Assembly (NCBI GenBank): GCA_030390025.1
Contig: CM059431.1
Location: 111,168,001-111,232,000 of the forward strand
Direction of reading: 5' to 3'
DNA length: 64,000 nt
Origin: Squalus acanthias
Lineage: Eukaryota
Positions 12,192-24,517 of this stretch are shown here, one piece after another. Position 1 is the stretch's first letter. The number at the start of each line of letters is the position of its first letter. The notes below the pieces were generated by a model. It was not told where the DNA came from and did no database searches. It saw nothing but the letters and a program-made list of their open reading frames with translations. Position numbers and translations under genes: made by a program.

Positions 12192-14112
12192 CTATTTGTG
12201 CAGTATCTTTCTCTTACGCGTGCTCCTACGTGGTGCTTCCCCTGTGGCTTCAGCAGAGGTGGAGGCCCCCTGCTCAGTTTGTTGCTGCTCCTGTCTCGAC
12301 ACCTTTGGCAGGCGTCCTCTGGCGTTGCAAACCTGCGAGGGCTCAGCAACAGTCTGCTGCTCCTGCGGCTGGGCAGGGGTTGAGACGCCGATCTCAGTTG
12401 GGTGCGGATTCTGGTAGGGCTCTGACCGAGGACTTGTCAGTGGCACAGAGTGTGAGCGCTTGGAGAGGAGCCCCCACCTCCTTGTTGTCTGCCACCAACA
12501 TCCCTCTCATGGGTCAGGTCCACCTCAGCGCTTGCAAGTGGATTGAGAGCACCTTGCTGCACATCAGGGGGGCCATGGGGACCCGTATCTGCACTGGCAG
12601 TCCTACTCAGAAGGACTTCCATGAAGGTCTGGTTTCTCTGTTCAATAGATGTCCATCGCTCCTCCAGAGATGTCATTCTATTCAGAACACTCACCATGTT
12701 TTCTGCACTCTGGCGACTTATCACCTCCACGGAGGTTGCCATCCTTTCCATGGTGATACGTTCATGCGCCAATGACTCCACAAAGGCTCTGCTCATGTTC
12801 ACTATGGACTCCTCCATTCGCTCCACACTCGCAGCGACCCTGGAGACAAAACCTGTCAGAGACTCCTGCATCTGTTCCTGGAGTTCCAGCACCGCTGATC
12901 TTATGGATGGCCCCAGAGGCAGAGGGTCGACATGCAGCTGAGCCGAGCTAGGAGAGTCCTGCGCCCTCCGACTAGGACTCTCCACTGCTGTCCCTGTCTC
13001 CACCATCTGCTGATGCTCACTTGTGAGCTGTGATACACCAGGTGACAACACTACTCTATGTCCCGAGGGTCCCACCGAGGTGTGAGTCTCTGCGCTGGTG
13101 CTGGGTGCGCTGAATTCTGCTGACGCTGCGCCCTCAGAGGTTGCAGCTTCCTCTGCGGAGTCTGGATACTCAGGCTCTTCCTCCTGGCTAGTGGGGACGG
13201 GTGCTTGTGATGGTCCTGTGGGGGAGCAAAGGAAAGAGTCAGAGATGTGATGCCAAGGTTACATGCACATTGCATATTGCAGATGATCATAAATCCATCT
13301 GTTAGAGCTTCAGATTCATCATCAGCGACTCATGCAATGTCAATGAAAGAGATGGAACACTATTCTGTCACCAGCTTGCTGTGATGCACCCGTCTGTCCG
13401 TCCCCCACTTGCGTATCCTCCTCTACTCCCACGATCTCCAGGACCGCATCCTTCCAGGGGGTGAGCTTGGCTAATGAAGGTGGCCCTCCTCCTGTCCTGG
13501 CTCTTTCCCTTTTATTGTGAGCTCTCTTTTCCTGCAATGAGGGAGACAAGTGGAGTTTGAGTGAGATTGAAGGAGTGAGTGTAGAGAGTCCATAGCATAG
13601 ATGCTTAGAAGGAGACAAAGATGGAGTGAGGTGGCAAGACCAAGGGCCCTCCCTGTGTGTTGTAAGTTGTTTTCATAGCATAACAGTGATAGGGAGTGTG
13701 AGGGCTGCATAGTCGAATAGTAAGGTGAATGTGACCATAAAGGGAGAGGGATGGGTAAGGGTGCATGGATGTCAGTGTCAAGTGGGATATGGAGGAAGAG
13801 GTGCTAAAGCTGAGTGCTGGTGAGGAGAGGCAATGAGGATCAGATTGAGGGTGAAGGGAAAGTCATACTCACTTTTGCAGTGCGTAGAAGGTCATGAAAC
13901 CTCTTTCTGCACTGGAGTCAGGTTCTGCGGGTGATGGATAAACAGATGACCTGCTGGGCGACCTGGACCCACACAGCCTTGGTCTGCTGGGGAGGCTTCT
14001 TCCTCCCTGAGGAGGGGAAGAGCACCTCTCTGTTGGCTCTTGCTCCCTCCACCAAAGCTTGCAGGGCAACGTCATTGAACCTGGGAGCAGACCTGGGTCA
14101 TTGGCTGGCCAT
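12192..14112 (-). pseudogene. Harbinger Myb/SANT-like DNA-binding protein, three exons (14112-13873, 13531-13372, 13215-12192), inactivated
   Basis: Motifs PRF..., W..VA, LQCRKRFHDL, RARTGGGPP; GT-AG introns at the same positions in all three copies; TGA at 14098-14100 and 13918-13920 and a frameshift near 12440. Confidence 0.88.
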
Positions 14113-14465
14113 TCCTCCTGCAGTTGCCTCTAGGATACAGGTCCAAAAGCTTGGCAGCCTGCAGAAGAAGCAAGGCTTGTTGCAGACCTTAAATGCAGCA
14201 GCAATGATGACGTCATCGGAGGTGACTTTCAGACTGGAATAACTCATTGGCCATGGGTTCCCACACGTTGGAACTGAATTGGCCAATTAAGTTAAAATCG
14301 CATCATTCATCCACATCGATCTAGATTCGGGTGGGCAACACGAAAAGCGGATAACCCGACCCCAACCCGCCCCAGTATCAAAATCCAGCCCATAGAGTCA
14401 TAACGGCACAGAAGGAGGCCAGTTGGCCCATCTAGTCCGTGCCGGCTCTCTGTCGAGCAATCCAG

Positions 14466-17400
14466 TCAGTTCCATTCCCTCGCTCTATCCCCGTAACCCT
14501 GCAAGTTTATTTCCCTCAAGTGCCTATCCAGTCTCCCCTTGAAAACATTGAGTGTCTCCGCTTCCACCACTTCCGTCGGCAGCGAGTTCCAGGTCCTCAC
14601 CACTCGCTGCGTAAAAAAGTTTTTCCTCACATCCCCACTGTATCTCTTACCCAAAACCTTAAATTTTGTCCCATATTCCTTGTACCATCAATTAGTGGGA
14701 ACAGCCTTTCCCCGTCTATCCTATTCAAACACGTTACTTAAAGGGGTGACGGTGGATAGGCAATGGCAAACATTTAAAGATCGCATGGTGCAACCGTGGC
14801 TAACAAGGGAAATTAGGGATAGCATAAGATCCAAGGAGAGGACATATAAATTGGCCAGAAAAAGCAGCAAACCTGAGGATTGTGAGCAGTTTAGGATTCA
14901 GCAAGGGAGGACAAAAGGATTAATTAAGAGGGGGGAAATAGAGTATGAGAGTAAGCTTTCAGGGAACATAAAAACTGACTGTAAAAGCTTCTATAGATAT
15001 GTGAAGAGAAAAAGATTGGTGAAGTCAAGCGTAGGTCCTTTGCAGTCAGAATCAGGGGAATTTATAATGGGGAACAAAGAAATGGCTGACCAATTAAATA
15101 CATACTTTGGTTCTGTCTTCACAAAGGAGGACACAAATAACCTCCCAGAGATGTCGGGGAACATAGGGTCTAATGAGAGGGAGGAACTGAATGAAATCAG
15201 TATTTGTAGGGAAATGGTGTTCGGGAAATTGATGGGATTGAAGGCTGATAAATCCCCAGGGCCTGATAATCTACATCCTGGGGTACTTAAGGAAGTGGCC
15301 CTAGAAATAGTAGATGCATTGCTGGTCATCTTCCAAAATTCTATAGTTTCTGGAACAGTTCCCATGGATTGGAGGGTAGCTAATGTAACCCCACTATTTA
15401 AAAAAGGTGGTAGAGAGAAAACGGGGAATTATAGACCGGTAAGCCTGACACCGATAGTGGGGAAAATGCTAGAGTCCATTATAAAAGATGTAATAGCAGA
15501 GCACTTGGAAAACAGTGACAGGATCGGACAAAGTCAACATGGATTTACAAATGCTTGACTAATCTACTGGAATTTTTTGAGGATGTAACTGGTAGAATAG
15601 ATAAGAGAGAACCAGTGGATGTGGTGTATTTGGACTTTCAGAAGGCTTTCGATAAGGTCCCGCATAAGAGATTAGCGTGCAAAGTTAAAGCTCATGGGAT
15701 TGGCGGTAAGGTACTGACTTGGATAGAGAACTGGTTGGCAGACAGGAAGCAAAGAGTTGGAATAAACAGGGTCTTTTTCCAAGTGGCAGGCAGTGACTAG
15801 TGGGGTACCGCAGGGATCGGTGCTAGGACCCCAGCTATTCACAATATATATTAATGATCTAGATGAGGGAACTAGATGTAATATCTCCAAGTTTGCAGAC
15901 GACACAAAGCTGGGTGGGCATGTGTGCTGTGAGGAGGATGCAGAGAAACTCCAGTATGATTTGGACAGGTTGGGTGATTGGGCAGATGCATGGCAGATGC
16001 AGTATAATGTGGATAAATGTAAGATTATCCACTTTGGTGGCAAAAACAGGAAGGCAGATTATTATCTGAACTGCAATAGATTGGGAGAAGGGGAAGTGCA
16101 ACGAGACCTGGGTGTCCTTGTGCACCAGTCGCTGAAGGTAAGCATGCAGGTGCAGCAGGCGGTTAAGAAGGCAAATGGTATGTTGGCCTTCATAGCGAGA
16201 GGATTCGAGTACAGGAGCAAGGATGTCTTGCTGCAGTTGTACAGGGCCTTGGTGAGACCACACCTTGAGTATTGTGTGCAGTTTTGGTCGCCTTATCTGA
16301 GGAAGGATGTTCTTGCCATGGAGGGAGTGCAGCGAAGATTCACCAGACTGATACCTGGGATGGCAGGAATGACGTATGAGGAGAGATTGCGTCGATTGGG
16401 CTTATATTCGCTTGCGTTTAGAAGAATGAGAGGGGATCTCATTGAAACTTATAAAATTCTAACAGGACTAGACAGACTAGATGCAGGAAGGCTGTTCCCG
16501 ATGGCGGGGGAGTCCAGAACCAGGGGTCACAGTCTAAAGATAAGGGGTACGCCATTTAGGACAGAGATGAGGAGGAATTTCTTCACCCAGAGAGTGGTGA
16601 ACCTGTGGAATTCTCTACCACATAAGGCAGTTGAGGCCAATTCATTAAATATATTCAAGAAGGAGTTAGATATATTTCTTAAGGCTAAAGGGATCAAGGG
16701 ATATGGGGAGAAAGCAGGGACAGGGTACTGAATTTGGATGATCAGCCATGATCTCATTAAATGGCGGAGCAGGCTCGAGGGGCCGAATGGCCTACTCCTG
16801 CTCCTATCTTCTATGTTTCTATGTTTCTATAATCTTGTGCACCTCTATCAAATCACCCCTCAACCTCCTTTGCTCTAATATAAAAACCAATCCAGCTTCT
16901 CCAACCAGTCCTTGTAGCTAAGATCCCCCATCCCCGGAACCATTCTGGTAAATCTCCTCTGCACCCTCTCAAGTGCCTTCACATCCTTCCTAATGTGTGG
17001 TGACCAGAACTGGACGCAATACTCCAGTTGTGGCCTAACCAGTGCTTTATAAAGGTTCAGCATAACTTCCCTACTTTTGTACTCAATACCTCTATTTATG
17101 AAGCCCAAGATCCCATATGCTTTGCTAACCAGTCTCTCAATATGTCCTGCCACCTTCAGGGACCTATGCACATTAACTCCCAGGTCCCTCTGTCCCTGCT
17201 CACTCTTTAAAACTGTGCTATTAAGTGTATATTGCCTCTCCCTGTTCCTTCTGCCAAAATGCATCACCTCACACTTCTCTGTATTAAATTCCATCTGCCA
17301 CTTGTCTGCCCATTCTGCTAGCCTTTCTATGTCCTGTTGCAGTCGATTGGTGTCATCCTCACTGTTTGCCACACCCCCAAGTTTGGTGTCATCTACAAAT

Positions 17401-19485
17401 TTAGAAATTCTACTCTGTATCCAGGTCATTTATATATATATATCAAAAAAAGCAGTGACACCAGCACTGACCCTTGGGGAACACCACAATCTACCATCCC
17501 CCAATCTGAAAAACAGCCATTTACCACAACTCGCTGTTTTCTGTCCTTAAGCCAATTCCTTATCCAAGCTGCCACAGACCCACCTATTCCATGAGCCTCA
17601 ATTTTATTAACCAGCTTTCTATGTGGTACTTTTTCAAACGCCTTTCTAAAATCCATGTAGACAACATCCATTGCATTCCCTTCATCAATCCTCCCTGTTA
17701 CTTCATCAAAATATTCAATTAGATTAGTTAAACACGGCCTGCCTTTTACAAATTCGTGTTGGCTCTCCTTAATTAACTTAAACCTCTCCAAGTGCCCTTT
17801 AATTTTTTCCTTGATTATTGTTTCTAAAACTTTACCCACCACTGATGTTAAACTGACCGGCCTGTAGTTACTAGGATTGTCCTTGCACCCTTTCTTGAAC
17901 AATGGTGTCACATTTGCCACTTTCCAATCCTCAGGCACCTCCCCCGCATCTAGGGAAGATTGGCAAATTATGGCAAGCCTTTCTGCTATCTCCTCCCCAA
18001 TTCACTTAGCAATCTGGGATGCAAGCCATCTGGACCAGGTGACTTATCCACTCTAAGCATACCCAGTCTTTCTCATACATCCTGTCTATCAATTTTCACC
18101 CCTTCCATTGCTTCTACCTTTTCCACTTCTACCGATATTTTGTCAGCATCCACCTCCTTAGTAAACATCGATAAAAAGTACTGATTGAGTATTATAGCCT
18201 TGCCCTGCGCCTCTAAGCATATATCACCTTGTTTGTCCCTAATAGGCCCCACACCGCCTCTTACTACCCGCTTACTGTTTACATGCCGGTAGAAGATTTT
18301 TGGGTTCCCTTTTATGTTAACCGCCGTTCTACTCTCATATTCTCTCTTTGCCAATCTTATTTTCATCTTCACTTCCCCTCTCAACTTAATGTATTTGGTC
18401 TGGTTCTCCCTTGAAGAATTCACCTGACATTTATCATACACCCTCTTTTTTTGTTTCATCATCTTCTCAATCTCTCTCGTTATCCAAGGAGCCCTTGCTT
18501 TGGTTTCCTCACCGTTCCCTCTTGTTGGAATATACCTAGCCTGTACTTAGAACATCTCCTCCTTAAGGATCACCCATTGTTCTGTTACAGTTTTTCCTGT
18601 CAGTCTTTGGCTCCATTTTACACTGGCTAGATCCTTTCGCATCCCATTGAAGTTAGCCCTATTCCAGTTTAGAAGTTCCACTCTAGATTGTTCCTTGCTC
18701 CTCTCCATTGCTAATCTAAATCTTTTGATACGATGATCACTCGTACCTAAGTGTTCTCCCATAGACACTTGGTCGACCTGGCCCACCTCATTCCCCAGCA
18801 CCAGATCCAGCAATGCCTCCTTCCTAGTTGGGCCAAGAACATACTGAGCAAGGAAATTCTCCAGAACACATTTCAGAAATTCCTCCCCCTCCTTTTCCTT
18901 TACCCTAGCATTATCCCAATCAATATTTGGGTAATTAAAGTCCCCCAATTTCACCACTCTATAGCTCTTGCATATCTCTGCGATTTCCCTGCAGATTTGC
19001 TCCTCTACCTCCCTCTCACTATTTGAAGGCCTGTAGAATATCCCCAATAGCGTGATCATACTCTTTTTGCTCCTCAACTCTAACCAAATGGATTCTGTCC
19101 TTGTCCCCTCAAGAACATCCTCCTTTTCCAACACTACAATGTCTTCCTTAATCAGCACTGCCACCCCACTTCCCTTTTTTTCTTCCCTATCTTTTCCGAA
19201 CACCTTGTACGTTTGAATATTAAGTGCCCAGCCCTCACCGTTTTTAAGCCACGTTTCCGTTATTGCCACATCGTATTGCCACATGGCTAATTGTGCTTGT
19301 AGCTCACCAACCTTATTCACCACACTTTGTGTGTTTACGTACATGCATTCTAAACCCATTTTTGAATTTTTCGTAGTCTTTCTTAGTCTGCTCCTATCTA
19401 ATATGGTACTACTTCCGCCTCTAGCACTACCTTCCTCTCCAGTACCATCCAACACACTTCCATGCACGTTATTCCTCCCCTCCAC
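14466..19485 (-). pseudogene. CR1 ORF2 (APE endonuclease + reverse transcriptase), frameshifted and interrupted
   Basis: ORFs 18547-19485 (ITETW, GDFNYP, SDH), 18073-18462, 17426-17938, 16875-17429 and 14466-14654. Confidence 0.9.
14735..16828 (+). mobile_element. 5'-truncated young CR1 LINE nested in the minus-strand CR1
   Basis: RT ORFs 14539-15558, 15555-15800, 15793-16731; (TTTCTATG)n tail; closely related to the CR1s at 33033 and 49466, with small internal deletions near 14787 and 15550. Confidence 0.95.
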
Positions 19486-19517
19486 TCCTACATGCTGGTG
19501 CCCATCCCCCTGCCAAG

Positions 19518-20458
19518 CTAGTTTAAACCCTCCCCAACAGCACTAGCAAACCTCCCCGTGAGAATATTGGTCCCGGCTCTGTTGAGGTGTAACCCGTCCG
19601 GCTTGTACAGGTCCCACCTTCCCCAGAAATGGTCCCAATGCCTCAGGAATCTAAAGCCCTCCCTCCTGTACCATCTCTCCAGCCACGCATTCATCTGTTC
19701 TATCCTCCTATTCCTGTACTCACTAGCACGTGGCACCGGGAGTATTCCGGAGATTACTACCTTTGAGGTCCTGCTTTTTAATCTCTTTCCTAGCTCCCTA
19801 TAGTCTGACTGCAGGACCTCATCCCTCTTTCTGCCTATGTCGTTGGTACTGATATGGACAACGACCTCTGGCTGTTCACCCTCCCTCCTCAGAGTGTCCT
19901 GCAGCCGCTCAGTGACATCCTTGACCCTGGCACCAGGGAGGCAACATACCATCCTGGAGCCACGTCTGTGTCCACAGAAACGCCTATCTGTTCCCCTAAC
20001 CAATGAATCCCCTATCACTATTGCTCTTCCACTCTTCTTTCTCCCCCCCTGTGCAGCTAAGCCACCTGTAGTGCCATGGCCTTGGCTCTGGCTGCTCTCC
20101 CCAGAGGAGCCATCACCCCCACCAGTTTCCAGACCTGTGAACCGGTTAGTGAGCGAGATGCACTCTGGGGATTCATGCCCTACCTGCCTGGTCCTCCTTC
20201 TCTGTCTGGTGGTCACCCATTCCCTCTCTGCCTGCATATTCTGAGGTTGCGGGGTGACCACTTCTAGAAACGTGCTTTCCAAGTATTTCTCAGCCTCGCG
20301 GATGCACTGTAGTGACTCCAGCTGCCACTCAAGCTCTGAAATCCGGAGCTCGAGTTGCGGCACTTCCTGCACACATGGTCGTCCAGGCTGCAAGAAGCGT
20401 CCAGGATATCCCACATGGCACAGGATGTGCAAATCATGGGACTGAGCTGCCCTGCCAT
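19518..20458 (-). pseudogene. CR1 ORF1 (CxxC...CxxC zinc finger, leucine zipper, SGNH esterase) with one frameshift near 20360
   Basis: MAGQLSPMICTSC...VCRKC then LELRISELEWQLESL, IVIGDSLVRG, DGLHL. Confidence 0.9.
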
Positions 20459-20557
20459 GCCTCTATTTACCAGACTATGGAGGTAATTTAGCAGAAATAA
20501 ACTGAACAAGAAACACTCAACAGCTACCCACTAATCAGCACTTCCCTCTATTCGATA

Positions 20558-20783
20558 AAAGTGAGAAGTCGCACAACACCAGGTTATAGTCCAACAGCTT
20601 TATTTGAAATCACAAGCTTTCGGAGCGCTGCTCCTTCGTCAGGTGAACAGGTGAACTTCACCTGACGAAGGAGCAGCGCTCCGAAAGCTTGTGATTTCAA
20701 ATAAAACTGTTGGACTATAACCTGGTGTTGTGCGACTTCTCACTTTTGTCCACCCCAGTCCAACACCGGCATCTCCACATCAT
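20558..20783 (+). mobile_element. Penelope-derived palindromic mini-element (inverted pseudo-LTR plus ~35-nt tail)
   Basis: ~90-bp inverted arms; tail and arms match the end of the GIY-YIG element at 36217; TSD CTCTATT(C/A)GATA at 20546-20557 and 20784-20795. Confidence 0.88.
20658..20694 (+). ncRNA. Minimal type I hammerhead ribozyme motif (mirror copy 20610-20646, minus)
   Basis: TCAC-CTGACGA-A-GGAGC AGC GCTCC-GAAA-GC-TT-GTGA: conserved core, stem I TCAC/GTGA, stem II, palindromic AAGCTT stem III. Confidence 0.8.
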
Positions 20784-21449
20784 CTCTATTAGATAGGCTA
20801 TGAACTACTTAGCAGAATTATACTGAAAACAGACCAAAAATAACTTACCACAAATACTCACCCTATACTCACCTCTCAGCTCCCTTGTGCCAGCGACACC
20901 TTTGAATTCTGATGTCACTCCTTCGTTGTGTCGCTTGCTGACTGTCCCCCTCGCAGGTAGTCCGCTCGCTCAGACTCCCAGATCTCTGCTCCGCGCTGCC
21001 TTTAACCCCGGTCTCCAACTCCGTTCCTCCCGCAGGTCCGCTCGCTCAGTGTTTGCAGCCCCTCAATGCTGTAGAACACCGACAGCACAAATGTCAAAAT
21101 TAATTTGGCCCTGGTCCCTTTTAAGGAAAACGGCTGATCAAATGACATCACCAGATCCGCTTCCTCTAATTGGCCGGCAAACACTCTGGGCAGGCTTGAC
21201 AGGCCCAATCAGGAGAAATTCATTTCAGAGGCCGGGAGAGAGACAGCAGCGGGGCCGGGACCCGCCAACCAACGTCGCCACCCCGGACCTTCCGAGGTTC
21301 GTAAAATCGCAGCCAAAGGGTCTATAGCCACACAATCAAAGCCAAGCACTTGAGATATCAGCCACTTTCACTCTAGGTAAATTATCTTTTTTCTTTTTAG
21401 TTCTTGAATGACCTATTGTGTATTTCTATCATTTTCTATATCATATTAC

Positions 21450-21571
21450 ATATAGAATTACATACAGTGTACGGCACAGAAAGAGACCATTTTCCCAGCA
21501 GGTCTATGCCAGTGCTTAAGCTCCACATGAGTCTCCTCCCACCCTACTTTATCTAACCCCATCAGCATATC
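21450..21571 (-). mobile_element. Old CR1 3' tail fragment
   Basis: Similar to 63408-63500 and to CR1 3'UTR ends (CGGCACAGAA...CCATT). Confidence 0.55.
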
Positions 21572-22702
21572 ACAGTGAATTGAAGTGTATACAGAGCATC
21601 TCAAAGTTAATCTGTCTGGTACTTGGAGTGAATCATACTTGAATAGCTTCAGGTATCAGAATAATTGGATGTCTGCGTTTGTATATATTTTTGTACATTA
21701 GACTCAGAAGCATTGGCTGGTTGAGATGTCACAACCAAGGCAATGAAGACATGAATGAATTGTTTTGGATTTCTGTGATTGAAATATACTGCAACATTAA
21801 ACTGTATGATTGTAAGAGTCTGTGGTTTATTTATATGAACATATTCCACATAGTCTCAGAGTTCAAGCTAAGCACTTGAGACATCAGCCACTTTCAGTCT
21901 TTGCATGCAACCCTGCACTCAGTAAGCACCTTGCACATTTTTGCTGGAAGCATAGATAAAGTCAACTATAATTTGTCAGACTCACTGCAAATAGAATCAT
22001 TCCCTGCAAACAAGAAGCTCGCAGCTCGCTGCTTTGCCAGCTGTTTCTTCTTGGACTCCTTCTGGATGGAATGCAAGCATTTCCACTTGCCTACCTTAAA
22101 TGTCTTCACACCACGCTCACTGACAAACTGAGCGGATTTTCCCCTCAATAAGCATTTCTTTGATTGGGAAGGGAATTTGTTGAAGTGCCTGTCATGTAGT
22201 ATAGCTAAATTGGTAGTGAATGCTGTGTGTGGTAATGGGATTCAAGCTGCTGTGGTAGAATGCTAGAGTGCTCTCTCTTATCACATATATTTAGCAGACA
22301 TGACGATGCTGCCAGCTTATACTTCACATCCCTTGTATTGCCTCCCTTCTCTGAGGAGCTATTGGGCACAGAATTTGTGAGGTAAAACCAGATAAGCTAT
22401 TCTATAAAATGTATATATCACACAGTAAACTACCAACAATATGTGATGAAACCCTTACATTATCTACTGCATATAAAAAGTTGCTCATCACACTTTGGGC
22501 ATTACGACTATCTAGCTGTAAATACATGTAATTGGCTCAAACTTCACATTCATATTGGACCAAAGAAAGAAAGGAGAAGGTGAACCAATGAATCACTCTC
22601 CATATTTTTTGAAAATCCTTTTGGCCGGCAACTTGTCAGCCATGGTTCAGTGCAGCACGCTCACCTCTGAGTCAGAAGGTTGTGGGGGGGTCAAGCCCCA
22701 AT

Positions 22703-24517
22703 ACAACAACAACAACTTGCATTTATATAGCATCTTTAACGTAGTAAAACATCCCAAGGTGCTTCACAGGTGCGTTACCAAACTAAATTTGACACCGAGC
22801 TACATAAGGACCGGACGACCAAAAGGTTGGTCAAACAGGTAGGTTTTGAGGAGAGAGAGAGAGGCGGAGCGGTTAAGGGAGGGAATTCCAAAACTTAGGG
22901 CCCAGGCAGATGAAGGAAAGGCTGTCAATGGTGGACCGGTTAAAATCGGGAATGCGCAAGAGGCCAGGTTTGGAGGAGAGCAGAGATCTCGAAGGCTTGT
23001 GGGGCTGGAGGAGGTTACAGAGATAGGGAGGGGCGGGTCTATGGAGGGATTTGTTAACAAGGATGAGAATTTTAAAGTTGAGGTGTTGCTGGAGCAGGAG
23101 CTATTGTAGGTTAGTGAGCATAGGGGTGATGTGTGAATGGGACTTGGTGCGAGTTAGGATACGGGCAACAGAGTTTTGGATGAGCTCAAGTTTATGGAGG
23201 GTGGAAGATGGGAGGCCAGCCAGGAGAGCACTGGAATAGTCAAGTCTAGAGGTAACAAAGGCTTGGATGAGGGTTTCAGCAGCAGATGAGCTGAGGCAGG
23301 GGCGGAGTCGGAGTGGAAATAGGCGGTCTTGGTGATGGAACGGATATGTGGTCGGAAGCTCATCTCAGGGTCAAATATGACACCAAGGTTGAGAACAGTT
23401 TGGTTCGGCCTCAGACAGTTTCCAGGGGAGAGGGAAAGATTCAGTAACTAGGGAACAGAGTTTGTGGCGGGGTCTGAAGACAATGGGCTAGAAATTGCGT
23501 AGCGCCCCGTTTGGGGCGATAACTTTTGCGGGAGCGCAAAAGTATCGCCAGGCGCTACCCAATTCTAACGGACGCGAACTTTCGGTTTAGCGCTCCAGGA
23601 GGGAAGTGGAGCGCTAAATCAAGCGCTACCAGTTCCCTTGGAGTGCTAAACCAGGCAAGAGAGGCGCTAGCGGCAGAGCGTTGCACAATGTCCAGTGCAG
23701 CGCTGCCGGGATCAGCGGCTCCTTCCCTCCCCTAAAGGGAAGAGCCATTGCTGCAGGCTCTGCAAGAAAACGAATCCCCTGATTGCCGACGGCACCTCCG
23801 ATCGGCGCCGATCAGCCCCAAGCTCTCTAATAGAGTGCAGGGCTGATCAAGCGCGGCACCTGAAAAATAGAAAAAAAAGCACAGAGTCTTGATGAAACAT
23901 TTTTCACCTACCTCACTGGCAATCCCTTTAGCTACCGCTCCCCAAGCGGCCATCTGTGGTGACAACGCCTCCTGCAGCTGCCGGTGCTGGCGTCCGACGA
24001 TGCTGCAGGGGGCGGAAGCCAAGCTCGCATCCGGGGCGGTACCGGGGCGTTGCGCACCGGATGATGTCACGCTCTCCGGGGTGCAGGAGATCGTGGCGTT
24101 AGTGTTTACCGCCGCCACTAACCTGCAGGGGAAGTCCGCGGGCGTCAGTACACTCACCGCGCCCGGTCGCAAAGCCGGTAGCGTCCCGTTAACGCTCCCC
24201 GGAGGCGCTAACGGGAGGCGTAAAGGAGGCCAATTTCTCGCCCAATGGCTTTGGTCTTCCCAATATTTAGTTGGAGAAAACTTCTGCTCATCCAGGACTG
24301 GATGTCGGACAAATCAAAGTGTGACAAATCAGAGAGAGTGGAGGGGTCGAGAGAGGTGGTGGTGAGGTAGAGCTGGGGGTCGTCAGCGTACATGTAGAAC
24401 CTGACGTTGTATTTTCGGATGATGTCACCGAGGGGTAGCATGTAGATGAGAAATAGGAGGCGGCCAAAGATAGATCCTTGAGGGACACCACAGGTAAGGG
24501 TCTGGGAGTGGGAAAAG
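22703..24517 (-). mobile_element. 5'-truncated L2 LINE, interrupted by a MITE
   Basis: [10 protein letters not shown]...[34 protein letters not shown]; tail GCTATATAAATGCAAG(TTG)n. Confidence 0.9.
23485..24243. mobile_element. Harbinger-type MITE (759 bp), related to 3555-4437
   Basis: TIR GGGCTAGAAATTG / CAATTTCTCGCCC; TSD AAT; L2 sequence rejoins across it. Confidence 0.88.

Larger units (their letters stand above)
10157..14391 (+). mobile_element. PIF/Harbinger DNA transposon, copy 1 (4235 bp)
   Basis: Perfect 12-bp TIR GGGCTGGATTTT / AAAATCCAGCCC; convergent transposase and Myb/SANT genes; flanks ACC / ATA (TSD imperfect). Confidence 0.95.
10145..21045 (-). mobile_element. Apparently full-length CR1 LINE (own sequence ~14392-14734 and 16829-21045), interrupted by three insertions
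   Basis: TSD TCAGT at 10140-10144 and 21046-21050; (CATAGAGT)n tail split by Harbinger copy 1; ORF1 and ORF2 fragments in the expected order. Confidence 0.9.
8656..21314 (+). mobile_element. Non-autonomous Harbinger deletion derivative (own sequence 8656-10144 + 21051-21314), host of a nested stack
   Basis: TIR GGGCTGGATGTT / AAAATCGCAGCC, TSD AAA; the two halves rejoin collinearly with the uninterrupted relative at 56628-58369; holds a fused transposase N/C remnant (9189-9422) and a Myb exon-1 remnant (~9890-10137, minus). Confidence 0.85.

Noticed and set aside
21930..22400. Possible RTE-like LINE C-terminal remnant (also ~39530-39960)
   Set aside because: Only a vague resemblance with no diagnostic motif.
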